Virus record (IMG/VR): IMGVR_UViG_3300010885_069896
Span: 1 to 64,000 of that record
Origin: a virus
Lineage: Duplodnaviria > Caudoviricetes
Reading direction: 5' to 3' (one strand)
Length of the DNA stretch: 64,000 nucleotides
Shown: positions 9,307-18,017 of the stretch, piece by piece
How positions within the stretch are numbered: the stretch's first letter is position 1
Layout of the letters: every line of letters begins with the position of its first letter
Notes under the pieces: generated by a model
The model's input: only the letters and a program-made list of their open reading frames with translations
The model's database searches: none
Told to the model about the DNA's origin: nothing
Translations under genes and position numbers: made by a program

Positions 9307-10653
9307 ATGAAGTTAATACAAACATTTTTTAAAGATAAAAACCAAGATAGACATAAAGAATATTTGTTTTGTATACAAAAAAATATTCAAGCGACTTTTA
9401 TAGATGAAATACATTTCTTGATAGATGAAAAAGAGTCATTAAACGAAGAAATATTAAAACATCCAAAAATTACAGTCAAACAAATAGACAGCAGATTGGA
9501 ATATGGCATGGCATTGCAATATGCAAAAGATAACTTTTCTCCTGATGAGATTGTTGCCTTAGCAAATCTAGATATTTTTTTTGAAGATTCTAACTCTTGG
9601 AGACAATTAGAAAATGAATTGTTTGTTAATGATAATGTTCCAAGAGCCATGGCACTTAGTAGAACGGAATATTTTGGTGTAAATTCTTCAATAAGAAATT
9701 TCAAACAATCTTGTACAGAAGGTTTTTTTGCTGATTCTTTTAGTGTTGGTTGTTTTGCAGATAGCTGGATATTTCCGGTAAGGCATTTAGATAAATTTTT
9801 AAAAACCGAGGATTTGAATTTTTGTATAGGTTTAGCTCCGCATTGCGATGGTTTAATGTTTGGATTAATGAAAAAATATTTCATTGTTTTTAATTGGGCT
9901 GAAAAGTATGTTACTTTACATCTTGATTTGTGTAGAAAAATACGTAACATGAGCCCAATCTATACAGACAAAACTGATTGGCGAACTGAAAATCGTAAAA
10001 ATGAAACTTCAATGATTTCTCCAATACAAAATTGGGAAAAAATCTTAAAAGAATCCTATAAAGGAAGTAATAGAATGATAAAAGGCGCATTTGAAGATAG
10101 ATTTTTAAGAGAAGAATTACATCGTTTGTTAGAAGCCTTCAACATTGATACTATTATTGAAACAGGAACTTATAAAGGTTGGTCAACTGATTTGTTAGCC
10201 CAAACTGGTAAAAAGGTCATTACGATTGAAATAAATTCAGAATATCATGAAATAGCAAAAGATTTTAATTATGACCATGAAAATATAGAGTTTTACCTTG
10301 GTTCATCTGAAGATATTTTAGAAAAATTAATTCCTGTTAATGGCGATAATAATATACTGTTTTTTTTAGACGCCCACTGGGAAGAATATTGGCCTATTCT
10401 TGATGAACTATCGTTGATTCAAAGAAAAGGTATAAAACCAGTTATTATAATTCATGATTTTTATGTACCGGATGAAAAAGGCAGAGCAAAATTTGGCTTT
10501 GATCAATATAAAGGTCAAAATTTAGATTTTCCATATGTTAAACCAAGTATGGATTTATTATATGGCTATGAAAAATATGTTCATTATTGCATTGAAGAGA
10601 GTGAAATTGGTGCCGGTGTAGGGGTTTTTGTTCCAAAAACACTTGAAAGATAA
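9307..10653 (+). CDS. Two-domain protein: GT-like N-terminal domain fused to a class I methyltransferase
   Basis: N-half has LANLDIFF and DSWIF motifs seen in sugar-modifying proteins. C-half, from M at 10075, has IETGTYKG and FFLDAH. Confidence 0.6.
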   Translation: MKLIQTFFKDKNQDRHKEYLFCIQKNIQATFIDEIHFLIDEKESLNEEILKHPKITVKQIDSRLEYGMALQYAKDNFSPDEIVALANLDIFFEDSNSWRQLENELFVNDNVPRAMALSRTEYFGVNSSIRNFKQSCTEGFFADSFSVGCFADSWIFPVRHLDKFLKTEDLNFCIGLAPHCDGLMFGLMKKYFIVFNWAEKYVTLHLDLCRKIRNMSPIYTDKTDWRTENRKNETSMISPIQNWEKILKESYKGSNRMIKGAFEDRFLREELHRLLEAFNIDTIIETGTYKGWSTDLLAQTGKKVITIEINSEYHEIAKDFNYDHENIEFYLGSSEDILEKLIPVNGDNNILFFLDAHWEEYWPILDELSLIQRKGIKPVIIIHDFYVPDEKGRAKFGFDQYKGQNLDFPYVKPSMDLLYGYEKYVHYCIEESEIGAGVGVFVPKTLER

Positions 10654-10657
10654 TAAA

Positions 10658-11305
10658 ATGTTAAGAATAACCTATTCTGATAAAATCGCTTACAATTTTC
10701 CAAAATACTATTTAAATGATGTAGGATGGTACATGTCAGCAGAGCTAAACACAAAAAAGTTTTTCATTGACAACATAAAGCCAAATTTTAATATAATTGA
10801 TGCAGGTGCCCAGATTGGAATGTACTCGGTATTGTTTAGTAAACTGGCAAACGAAGGCACAATTTATGCTTTTGAACCAACCGATACCATTAGCTTGTTG
10901 AACGATAATATCGTTTTTAATAACTGCCACAATGTAAAGCTTAATAAAATAGCACTTTCAAATAAAGATGGAAAATATACAGACACTGTTTATAAAATTT
11001 GGTCACAAAACATTGTCGAAACAAAAGAGTTTGAGTTTGTAACAATTGATACCTTTGTCAAAAAAAATAATTTAAAAATTGATTTGATTAAAATTGATGT
11101 TGACTCATATGATTATGAAGTCTTACAAGGCTCTAAAGAAGTTTTAATTAATCAAGAACCAATTATAATGGTAGAATTAAATCATGCATTAGGCAAAAGA
11201 GGATATGAACCTAGGCATGCAATAGATTTTATGAAAACTGTAAACTACAGCGTTAAACAAATATTTGATGGTGAAAACTTTCTTTTCACCAAGGATAAGA
11301 TGTGA
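10658..11305 (+). CDS. FkbM-family SAM methyltransferase
   Basis: IDAGAQIG, AFEP, LIKIDVDSYD, IMVELNH. Start moved to ATG 10658, after the upstream stop. Confidence 0.88.
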   Translation: MLRITYSDKIAYNFPKYYLNDVGWYMSAELNTKKFFIDNIKPNFNIIDAGAQIGMYSVLFSKLANEGTIYAFEPTDTISLLNDNIVFNNCHNVKLNKIALSNKDGKYTDTVYKIWSQNIVETKEFEFVTIDTFVKKNNLKIDLIKIDVDSYDYEVLQGSKEVLINQEPIIMVELNHALGKRGYEPRHAIDFMKTVNYSVKQIFDGENFLFTKDKM

Positions 11306-11306
11306 T

Positions 11307-12299
11307 ATGAAAAAAGCTTTAGTGTGTGGAGCGGGTGGATTTATCGGCGGTCATCTTGTTAAACGGTTAAAACAACTTGGTTACTGGGTTCGTGGTGTCG
11401 ATATTAAGGAGCACGAATATGCAGATATTCGTGCTATTGCAGATGAATTTGTGCTTGGCGATCTTCGTAATCCGATTATCGTAAAAACAGTAATGCATGT
11501 TGATACAGCTTGGGAAAAAGGATTTGATGAAATTTATCAACTAGCAGCAGATATGGGTGGTGCAGGATATATCTTCACTGGCGAGAATGATGCAAACGTC
11601 ATGCATAACTCCGCTACGATTAATCTAAACATCGTTGACATTGCTTCAAAATTTAAGATAAAACCAAGAATTTTCTATTCATCATCAGCTTGCATGTATC
11701 CAGCATATAACCAAGAAGACCCAGAAAATCCAAAATGCACAGAAGATTCAGCTTATCCGGCAGCACCAGATAGTGAGTATGGCTGGGAAAAATTATTTTC
11801 TGAAAGGCTCTATCTTGCTTATGCAAGAAACTATGGTCTTGAAGTTAGAATCGCTCGCTATCACAATATATTTGGCCCAGAAGGCTCTTGGAACAATGGA
11901 AAAGAAAAAGCACCAGCAGCACTCTCTCGTAAAATTGCTAGCGCTGAAAATGGTGGAACAATTGAGATGTGGGGCGACGGAAATCAAACTCGCAGTTTCC
12001 TTTATATTGATGAATGCCTTGAAGCAACAATTCGTTTAATACATAGCGATTTTACTGGACCCGTTAATATCGGTTCGGAGGAAATGGTTAGCATTAATCA
12101 CTTTGCAGATATGATTGCAAAGATTGCTGGTAAAACTATTCATGTTAACCACATCCCAGGCCCTGTTGGAGTACGTGGCAGAAACAGTGACAACACTCTT
12201 TATGGAGAAAAGATTGGTTGGAAGGCGTCACAACCTCTTGTTGTGGGACTAGAAAAAACTTATAATTGGATTTTACAGCAAGTATTATCAACGAAATAA
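11307..12299 (+). CDS. GDP-mannose 3,5-epimerase-like NAD-dependent epimerase
   Basis: GAGGFIGGHL, QLAADMGGAGYI, YSSSACMYP, YGWEKL, ARYHNIFGP, EKAPAAL, QTRSFLYIDEC, GVRGRNSDN. Confidence 0.88.
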   Translation: MKKALVCGAGGFIGGHLVKRLKQLGYWVRGVDIKEHEYADIRAIADEFVLGDLRNPIIVKTVMHVDTAWEKGFDEIYQLAADMGGAGYIFTGENDANVMHNSATINLNIVDIASKFKIKPRIFYSSSACMYPAYNQEDPENPKCTEDSAYPAAPDSEYGWEKLFSERLYLAYARNYGLEVRIARYHNIFGPEGSWNNGKEKAPAALSRKIASAENGGTIEMWGDGNQTRSFLYIDECLEATIRLIHSDFTGPVNIGSEEMVSINHFADMIAKIAGKTIHVNHIPGPVGVRGRNSDNTLYGEKIGWKASQPLVVGLEKTYNWILQQVLSTK

Positions 12300-12317
12300 A
12301 ATATTCCATTTTGACTT

Positions 12318-12327
12318 TCTAATATAA
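12318..12327 (+). promoter_or_regulatory. Candidate late promoter TCTAATATAA
   Basis: The same 10-mer is found intergenically at 24673-24682 and 58847-58856, with variant CTTAATATAA at 52434-52443. Each lies about 14-27 nt upstream of an ATG. Confidence 0.45.
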
Positions 12328-12354
12328 GCTTATCTTTAAATAAAGTAAGTAAAT

Positions 12355-12447
12355 ATGATTGAAGAGTCAGATTTGATTTCAATTCCAAATGTAATTGTAC
12401 CACAAAAATCCAAAACCTTAATGCTCTCAGAACACCCATTTCATTAA
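12355..12447 (+). pseudogene. Diverged relic copy of glycosyltransferase exon 1 (30 codons)
   Basis: Encodes MIEESDLISIPNVIVPQKSKTLMLSEHPFH*, similar to MPIEQDDLQLITIPPKKHKILMLSDHP at 14141. Protein-level similarity ends at the intron insertion site. Confidence 0.7.
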
Positions 12448-12497
12448 TTGCACTCCCACTTCACTACTTACCCTAAGAATGTGGTGGTATAGTAGCC

Positions 12498-13217
12498 ATG
12501 ACTCAAGACTGTCTTATTTGCAAAGCAAAATTTGAAGCTTTAAACTCTCAGAAAACCTGTTCTGAGCAATGCCGTATATCGCATCGTAAAAATCGCAGAA
12601 AAAAGAGTGACGAAAATATTACAGTTACAAGAATCTGTAAGTTCTGTGGTGAGTCGTTCAAAGCAAGGCGTTATAAATCAAAAGCTTTTTGTAACAGATC
12701 GTGTGCATCCAAGCATTACATTCAAAACGGAACATACGATAAGTGGAAAGCGTGTAATCCGACTCTAGGACGTATTGTACCACCAAAGCAAATAGAACAA
12801 CAAAAAAATACCATGATTCAAAAACATGGTGTTGTTTGTGGTTATCATCTTTCGAAAGCTAGACGCATATCAAAACAACAACAATTGATTTATGATATCG
12901 TAAAAAACATAGACGAAACGGCCCTGATGGAAAAAATCGTACCATTCTCAAAGTATTTTGCTGATATTCTCATGCCAGAAAAAAGAAAAATAATCGAATA
13001 CAATGGCGATTACTGGCATTGTAATCCAAAAAAATACAATGCTGACTATTTCAATAAAAAAATTAAAAAATATGCAAAAGACATATGGGAAAATGATTTG
13101 AAAAGGCGAATGTCTTTAGAGGAACTTGGATATTCTATTTTATGTATATGGGAATCGGATTTTATCAACAATAGAGAGTCGGTAGAGCGAGAGATAAAAG
13201 AATTCATAATCGGATAA
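12498..13217 (+). CDS. Free-standing Vsr/DUF559-like endonuclease with Cys-rich zinc-binding N-terminus
   Basis: CxxC motifs (CLIC, CSEQC, CKFC, CNRSC), then YFADI, IIEYNGDYWH and GYSILCIWESD. Confidence 0.8.
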   Translation: MTQDCLICKAKFEALNSQKTCSEQCRISHRKNRRKKSDENITVTRICKFCGESFKARRYKSKAFCNRSCASKHYIQNGTYDKWKACNPTLGRIVPPKQIEQQKNTMIQKHGVVCGYHLSKARRISKQQQLIYDIVKNIDETALMEKIVPFSKYFADILMPEKRKIIEYNGDYWHCNPKKYNADYFNKKIKKYAKDIWENDLKRRMSLEELGYSILCIWESDFINNRESVEREIKEFIIG

Positions 13218-13272
13218 AATAATTTTCCTAACCGTACTCCGACTCCACTACTTATAATAGAAGGGGCCTATA

Positions 13273-14160
13273 ATGAAAAAACAGTGCATCATTTGTCATA
13301 TAGTATTTGACACACCACGCTCTAATAAAACTTGTTCAGAAGCATGTTATGAATCGCATAGAAAAAATCGAAGAGAAAATAGTGACAGTAATATAATTGT
13401 CACTAGAGAGTGTAAATTTTGCGGCGAGCCTTTTAAAGCAAAACGATATAAGCCAAAAACTTTTTGTAATAGATCATGTGCTTCAAAATATTATATTAAA
13501 AATGGGACATATGATAAATGGCGTTTGATGAAGATTGAACGACAAGGATTTTATGGATCTTGTAAAGTTTGTAAAAAATCAATTTATTTAGAGCCTCGAT
13601 TTAAAGAACTAGATTCTCTGGTAAAATTATGTGGAATTGAATGTGAGAAAATTCATTTTGCTTCATTGTTTAACGGAGAACAAAATCCAATGTATGGAAA
13701 AAAACTAACAATACAGCAAAAAGATAAACAAAAATCTACTTTATTTGAGCGGTACGGTGTTACTAACGCTTATTTTCTAGCTAAACGGAGCACTGTTTCT
13801 AAACCTCAGAGGGATCTTTATAATAATTTATCAGAATTATATAGATGTAAACTTGAAACGCTATTGCCATTCCATAGTGTTCGATATTTTGCCGATATCT
13901 TCATACCAGATAATAATATTGTTATCGAATTTATGGGAAACTACTGGCACTGTAATCCGTTGATGTATAAAGAAGATTACTGGCATAAGAAAAAATGTCA
14001 GTACGCTAGAGATGTTTGGGAATCAGATAAAATAAGAAAAGAAACTTTAGAGAAATTGGGTTATATTGTATATTACATTTGGGAATCTGATTATACAAGA
14101 GATAAAGAAAAAGCTATAAGAACACTTAAGGAGAAAATAGATGCCTATAGAACAAGATGA
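13273..14160 (+). CDS. Free-standing Vsr/DUF559-like endonuclease, paralogue of 12498..13217
   Basis: Near-identical N-terminus (CKFCGEPFKA, FCNRSCASK, NGTYDKW), plus YFADI, VIEFMGNYWH and GYIVYYIWESD. The last 20 nt overlap glycosyltransferase exon 1. Confidence 0.8.
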   Translation: MKKQCIICHIVFDTPRSNKTCSEACYESHRKNRRENSDSNIIVTRECKFCGEPFKAKRYKPKTFCNRSCASKYYIKNGTYDKWRLMKIERQGFYGSCKVCKKSIYLEPRFKELDSLVKLCGIECEKIHFASLFNGEQNPMYGKKLTIQQKDKQKSTLFERYGVTNAYFLAKRSTVSKPQRDLYNNLSELYRCKLETLLPFHSVRYFADIFIPDNNIVIEFMGNYWHCNPLMYKEDYWHKKKCQYARDVWESDKIRKETLEKLGYIVYYIWESDYTRDKEKAIRTLKEKIDAYRTR

Positions 14161-14222
14161 TTTACAATTAATTACCATACCACCAAAGAAGCATAAAATT
14201 TTAATGCTCTCTGATCATCCGT
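14141..14222 (+). CDS. GT-B (GT4-like) glycosyltransferase, exon 1
   Basis: SD AAGGAGA precedes ATG 14141. It reads MPIEQ...KILMLSDHP+T. Joining to 14502 gives the in-frame LMLSDHPLCTSGVGVQARFL (433 aa in total). Confidence 0.85.
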
Positions 14223-14501
14223 TGACATAATAGCGGATATAAAACTGGGTGAATTGCTGGGAAACCTTGAAGCTTCATGTACTACAACGCAACTAGAAAT
14301 GGTAAACGTGACAGTATGAAAAACATGAGGATTAGGCAATCAGCAGCCAAGCTTCTGTGTAGAAATACTGAAGAAGGTTCAACGACTACGGTTAGCCTAA
14401 AAGCCATCAAAAGCTCATGGCGATGATCCGACAGCGCCCAGCATCTTTTTTATTAAGATGATGATATAGTCTACTCATAATAGAAATATTATGTATCAAG
14501 G
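14223..14501 (+). ncRNA. Group I self-splicing intron without an ORF (279 nt, IA-like)
   Basis: P1: exon AUCCGU pairs with IGS GCGGAU, with a U-G pair at the splice site. P3 CUGGGUG/CGCCCAG, P4 UUGCUG/CAGCAG, P7 GACUA/UAGUC, P8 CAUC/GAUG, P9 CAUAAUA-GAAA-UAUUAUG. Terminal G at 14501; removal restores the reading frame. Confidence 0.92.
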
Positions 14502-15721
14502 TATGCACTTCTGGTGTTGGTGTACAAGCCCGGTTTCTAATACAGGGACTTATAAATACAGGAAAATATTCATTTCGTTGTTTGGGCGGGGCGGTGAAAC
14601 ATCCAAACTATGATACAGTTATGGTTAATCCTGATTTTGTAATTAAGCCTGTAGATGGATTTGGTAATCATGAAATTATCCGAAATATCCTAATCAGCGA
14701 ACGACCAGATGCACTTCTGCTATTCACGGACCCACGGCAATTTATGTGGCTCTGGGAAATTGAAGATGAGATCCATCAATTCTGTCCAATCACTTATTGG
14801 CACGTATGGGACAATGATCCATATCCATCATTCAACAATGTATGGTATCAATCAACTGATCTTATTAATTGTTTGTCATATAAAACATATGAACTAATCA
14901 AACCTCATTTCCCTGAGAAAACAAATTATATCCCACATGCATTTCCAAAACAAGTATATAACAAATTACCAGAACAACAAGTTAAACAGCTTCGATTGAA
15001 TAATTTCAAAGATCGAGCCGATTGGTTTACTGGCCTATGGGTTAACCGTAACGCAACCCGTAAAATGCCAAATGACGTACTAAATGCCTGGAAGGTATTC
15101 CTTGACCGGCTAGAGGCTGAAGAAGGGCATCGTAAAGCTCAAATGATCATGCATACAGATCCCATGGACGGCGAAGGGCCAAACCTTATTGCTACAGCAG
15201 AAATGCTTGGTATTAGTCAAAACGTACTATTTTCAACCCAAAAAGTTGATTTTAATGATATGAATGCTTTGTATAACTGTGTAGATTTTACTGTAAATGT
15301 TAGCAAGGCAGAGGGTTTTGGTCTTGCCACTTTATCTACAATGATGACTGGTAAGCCTATTATCGCTCTAAAAACTGGCGGTATGACCAGACAGGTGGTT
15401 GATCACAGAGATGGCACGGAACATGGCGTAGCGATCGAACCAGCGGCACGTACAATGGTTGGATCACAAATGGTTCCTTATATCTACGATGATCATGTGA
15501 ACTATCTTGATGTGGCAGATGCTTATATGAAAGTTTACAAACTTACGCCAGAAGAAAAAGCTGCTCTCTCTGAGAAGAATATTGCTTATTGCGACTATGA
15601 ATTTGGATATGAAAACATCATTCAGCAGTGGGACGAAACATTATCGAAAACCATTGATGCGTGGAAGACTGAACCACAAAAACATTGGACATGTGAACAA
15701 CTACGTCCATTTGGCAAATGA
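14502..15721 (+). CDS. GT-B (GT4-like) glycosyltransferase, exon 2
   Basis: TSGVGVQAR, FTDPR, WHVWDN, YIPHA, NRNATRK, SKAEGFGL, GKPIIA. The ORF-track TTG start at 14582 is an artefact of the intron. Confidence 0.88.
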
Positions 15722-15749
15722 TAAAGGCGATAAGAAAGGTAATTAAAAA

Positions 15750-16928
15750 ATGAAATCAGTACTTTTACGTGCACCTGTGTTGACTTTATCGGGTTATGGT
15801 ACTCACGCCAGACAAATAGCCAAATGGCTATTTCGTGTTGCTTCAGAAACTCACCAGCTAGATATTACAACTGAGCCATTACCATGGGGCAAAACACATT
15901 TAATGCTAGATCCAGAGTCAGAAGATGGATTAATTGGACAAATCCTACAGGCTTCTGGCAATAAAAAGAATTTTTATGATGTCACGATTCAGTTACAATT
16001 GCCCAACGAGTTCAATCCATTTCTTGGTAATTTTAACATTGGTGTAACAGCTGGCGTAGAAACGGATAAATGTAATCCAGCTTGGATTGACGCTATCAAT
16101 CGAATGGATATGCTTATTGTCCCGTCAGAATTTACAAAACAAACATTTCTAGATAGCGGAGATGTTAAAATACCAATCTTAGTTGTGCCAGAGTCATACC
16201 CAGAGATTTTTGATTCCGAAGAAGTATCACAGATAGATTTAGGACTAGAAACAAAATTCAACTTCCTTCTTGTTGGCCAGCTTACTGGCAATGATGTTGA
16301 AAGTGATCGTAAAAACATTCCATATACGCTAAAATGGTTTGCGGATACATTCGCAGGAAATCCAGATGTTGGAATTGTTATTAAGACAAACAGCGGCTCC
16401 CATACACATCTAGATAAAAGAAACGTTATGGGTATTTTTAGCAAATTAGTTAGTGAAATCTCAAAACCTGGAGGGCCTAAATTCTACTTGCTCCACGGCC
16501 ACATGACAGACGCTGAGATGAAGGGTCTATATGTCCATCCAGACATTAAGGCTTTAGTTACATTTACCCATGGCGAAGGTTATGGACTACCAATTCTAGA
16601 GGCAGCAGCTACTGGTCTGCCAGTTATCGCTACTAATTGGTCTGGCCATCTAGAATTTTTAAAACACGGAAAATTTATTGCCGTTGATAGAATGCTTACA
16701 GAGATACCACAAACTCGTGTCGATGGTCAAATATTCCACAAGGGATTCAAGTGGGCAAACCCAATTGAGGCCGATGCAAAGCGTAGAATGAAAAAATTCT
16801 ATGAAAGCCCAAGTATGCCACAGCAATGGGCAAAAGATCTACAGGCTAAAGTTAAAGAAAATTTTTCTTTTGACGCAGTAGCTAAAATACTATCAGAGAC
16901 TCTAAACGAACATTTGAAAGCTGAATAA
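15750..16928 (+). CDS. GT-B (GT4-like) glycosyltransferase
   Basis: SGYGTHAR, DRKNI, THGEGYGLPILEAAATGLPVIATNWSGH. Confidence 0.88.
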   Translation: MKSVLLRAPVLTLSGYGTHARQIAKWLFRVASETHQLDITTEPLPWGKTHLMLDPESEDGLIGQILQASGNKKNFYDVTIQLQLPNEFNPFLGNFNIGVTAGVETDKCNPAWIDAINRMDMLIVPSEFTKQTFLDSGDVKIPILVVPESYPEIFDSEEVSQIDLGLETKFNFLLVGQLTGNDVESDRKNIPYTLKWFADTFAGNPDVGIVIKTNSGSHTHLDKRNVMGIFSKLVSEISKPGGPKFYLLHGHMTDAEMKGLYVHPDIKALVTFTHGEGYGLPILEAAATGLPVIATNWSGHLEFLKHGKFIAVDRMLTEIPQTRVDGQIFHKGFKWANPIEADAKRRMKKFYESPSMPQQWAKDLQAKVKENFSFDAVAKILSETLNEHLKAE

Positions 16929-17254
16929 TGGTAATATTTCTATCGTTTTTGTGTTTAATATTATTAATTGCATTAATTGTTGTAGTATTTTATGCATTAC
17001 GATGGGCTCGTATTATATTTGTATTAGAAGATGATTTAGAAGAGGCTATTGAAATACATCAGCGTACTGTAAATGTTTTAGAAAACATTCTAAAGATGCA
17101 AATGTTTTTTGATAGCCCAGAAGTTAAAGCAGTTGTTACAGAAACTCTTGAAAGTGTAAAAATGTGCCAGTTGGCAACCCAAAGATTGATACAAAATTTC
17201 ACTCAAAGAAGTAAACAGAAATATATACGAGAAACGGAAGATGAGGCCAACTGA
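16928..17254 (+). CDS. Hypothetical protein with an N-terminal transmembrane helix
   Basis: About 25 hydrophobic residues followed by a helical, charged tail; translationally coupled (TAATG). Confidence 0.65.
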   Translation: MVIFLSFLCLILLIALIVVVFYALRWARIIFVLEDDLEEAIEIHQRTVNVLENILKMQMFFDSPEVKAVVTETLESVKMCQLATQRLIQNFTQRSKQKYIRETEDEAN

Positions 17255-17257
17255 TAA

Positions 17258-18004
17258 ATGCGAATCGGAAAAAAATTAATAAAGCGAAAACCAAAAAATG
17301 GAGCTACACCACAGGAATTTTATTTTGGTGCAGGAACACAGCAGGCAATTGTAGAATATAAAGATGAGCTTGATTTCAAAAAAAGAAATCAATTGTATGT
17401 TAATGACATACTGCCTGCATTTAATAAACTTGTAGAAAATTTAATTAATGTTTATGGCTTTCAAATACAGTATGAGTCAAAAATAGATTTACAAAATGAA
17501 TGCGTAGAGTTTCTTTATGGAGTAATTACTAAATTTGATGCAACCAAGGGTGCTAAGGCATTTAGTTATTTCAATGTCGTGGCTAAAAATTGGTTGATCA
17601 TAAAATCAAAACAAAGCGTTAGAAACCTTCATGTTTTTACCTCTATCGATGATACCGATTCATTATCACAGCATGACTTAGAAATCATTGAAAATTATAG
17701 TATTGCACCGTCCCCCGAAGACGTTATGACCAAGGGTAATGATAGCGAAAAACTAAAATATGTACTTGATAGAGTTTCGGCTTTAGCAGTAACAGAAAAT
17801 GAAACGCTTTGTTTAAAAGGTATAAATCTTCTGTTTAGCAATATCAATGATTTAGATTTCCTTAACAAAAGAGCAATAATGCTCTATTTGCGTGAGATAA
17901 CGTCCTTGAACCCAAAACAGTTGAGCGTTGTTTTATCGACCCTGAAGCGTTATTATAAAACAGCTAAACACTGCGATGACCAGGATAATATTATTGTATC
18001 TTGA
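17258..18004 (+). CDS. Phage RNA polymerase sigma factor (late, T4 gp55-like)
   Basis: Region-2-like DLQNECVEFL-KFDATKGAKAFSYFNVVAKNWL; located just before the virion genes. Confidence 0.65.
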   Translation: MRIGKKLIKRKPKNGATPQEFYFGAGTQQAIVEYKDELDFKKRNQLYVNDILPAFNKLVENLINVYGFQIQYESKIDLQNECVEFLYGVITKFDATKGAKAFSYFNVVAKNWLIIKSKQSVRNLHVFTSIDDTDSLSQHDLEIIENYSIAPSPEDVMTKGNDSEKLKYVLDRVSALAVTENETLCLKGINLLFSNINDLDFLNKRAIMLYLREITSLNPKQLSVVLSTLKRYYKTAKHCDDQDNIIVS

Positions 18005-18017
18005 GTAGAGTTAAGGT

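Noticed and set aside
12355-14501. Alternative splicing from the relic exon 1 to exon 2, removing both endonucleases as one giant intron
   Set aside because: The IGS GCGGAU pairs fully with AUCCGU at the real exon but has two mismatches with the relic ACCCAU, so a P1 helix there is unlikely.
14582-15721. ORF-track glycosyltransferase starting at TTG 14582
   Set aside because: The frame is open upstream to the intron's 3' splice site, and the real start is ATG 14141 in exon 1.
1615-16928. Bacterial O-antigen/capsule locus, i.e. host chromosome or prophage flank
   Set aside because: No wzx/wzy/wza or housekeeping genes. The block has phage-type endonucleases and a phage-type intron and runs directly into sigma and virion genes.
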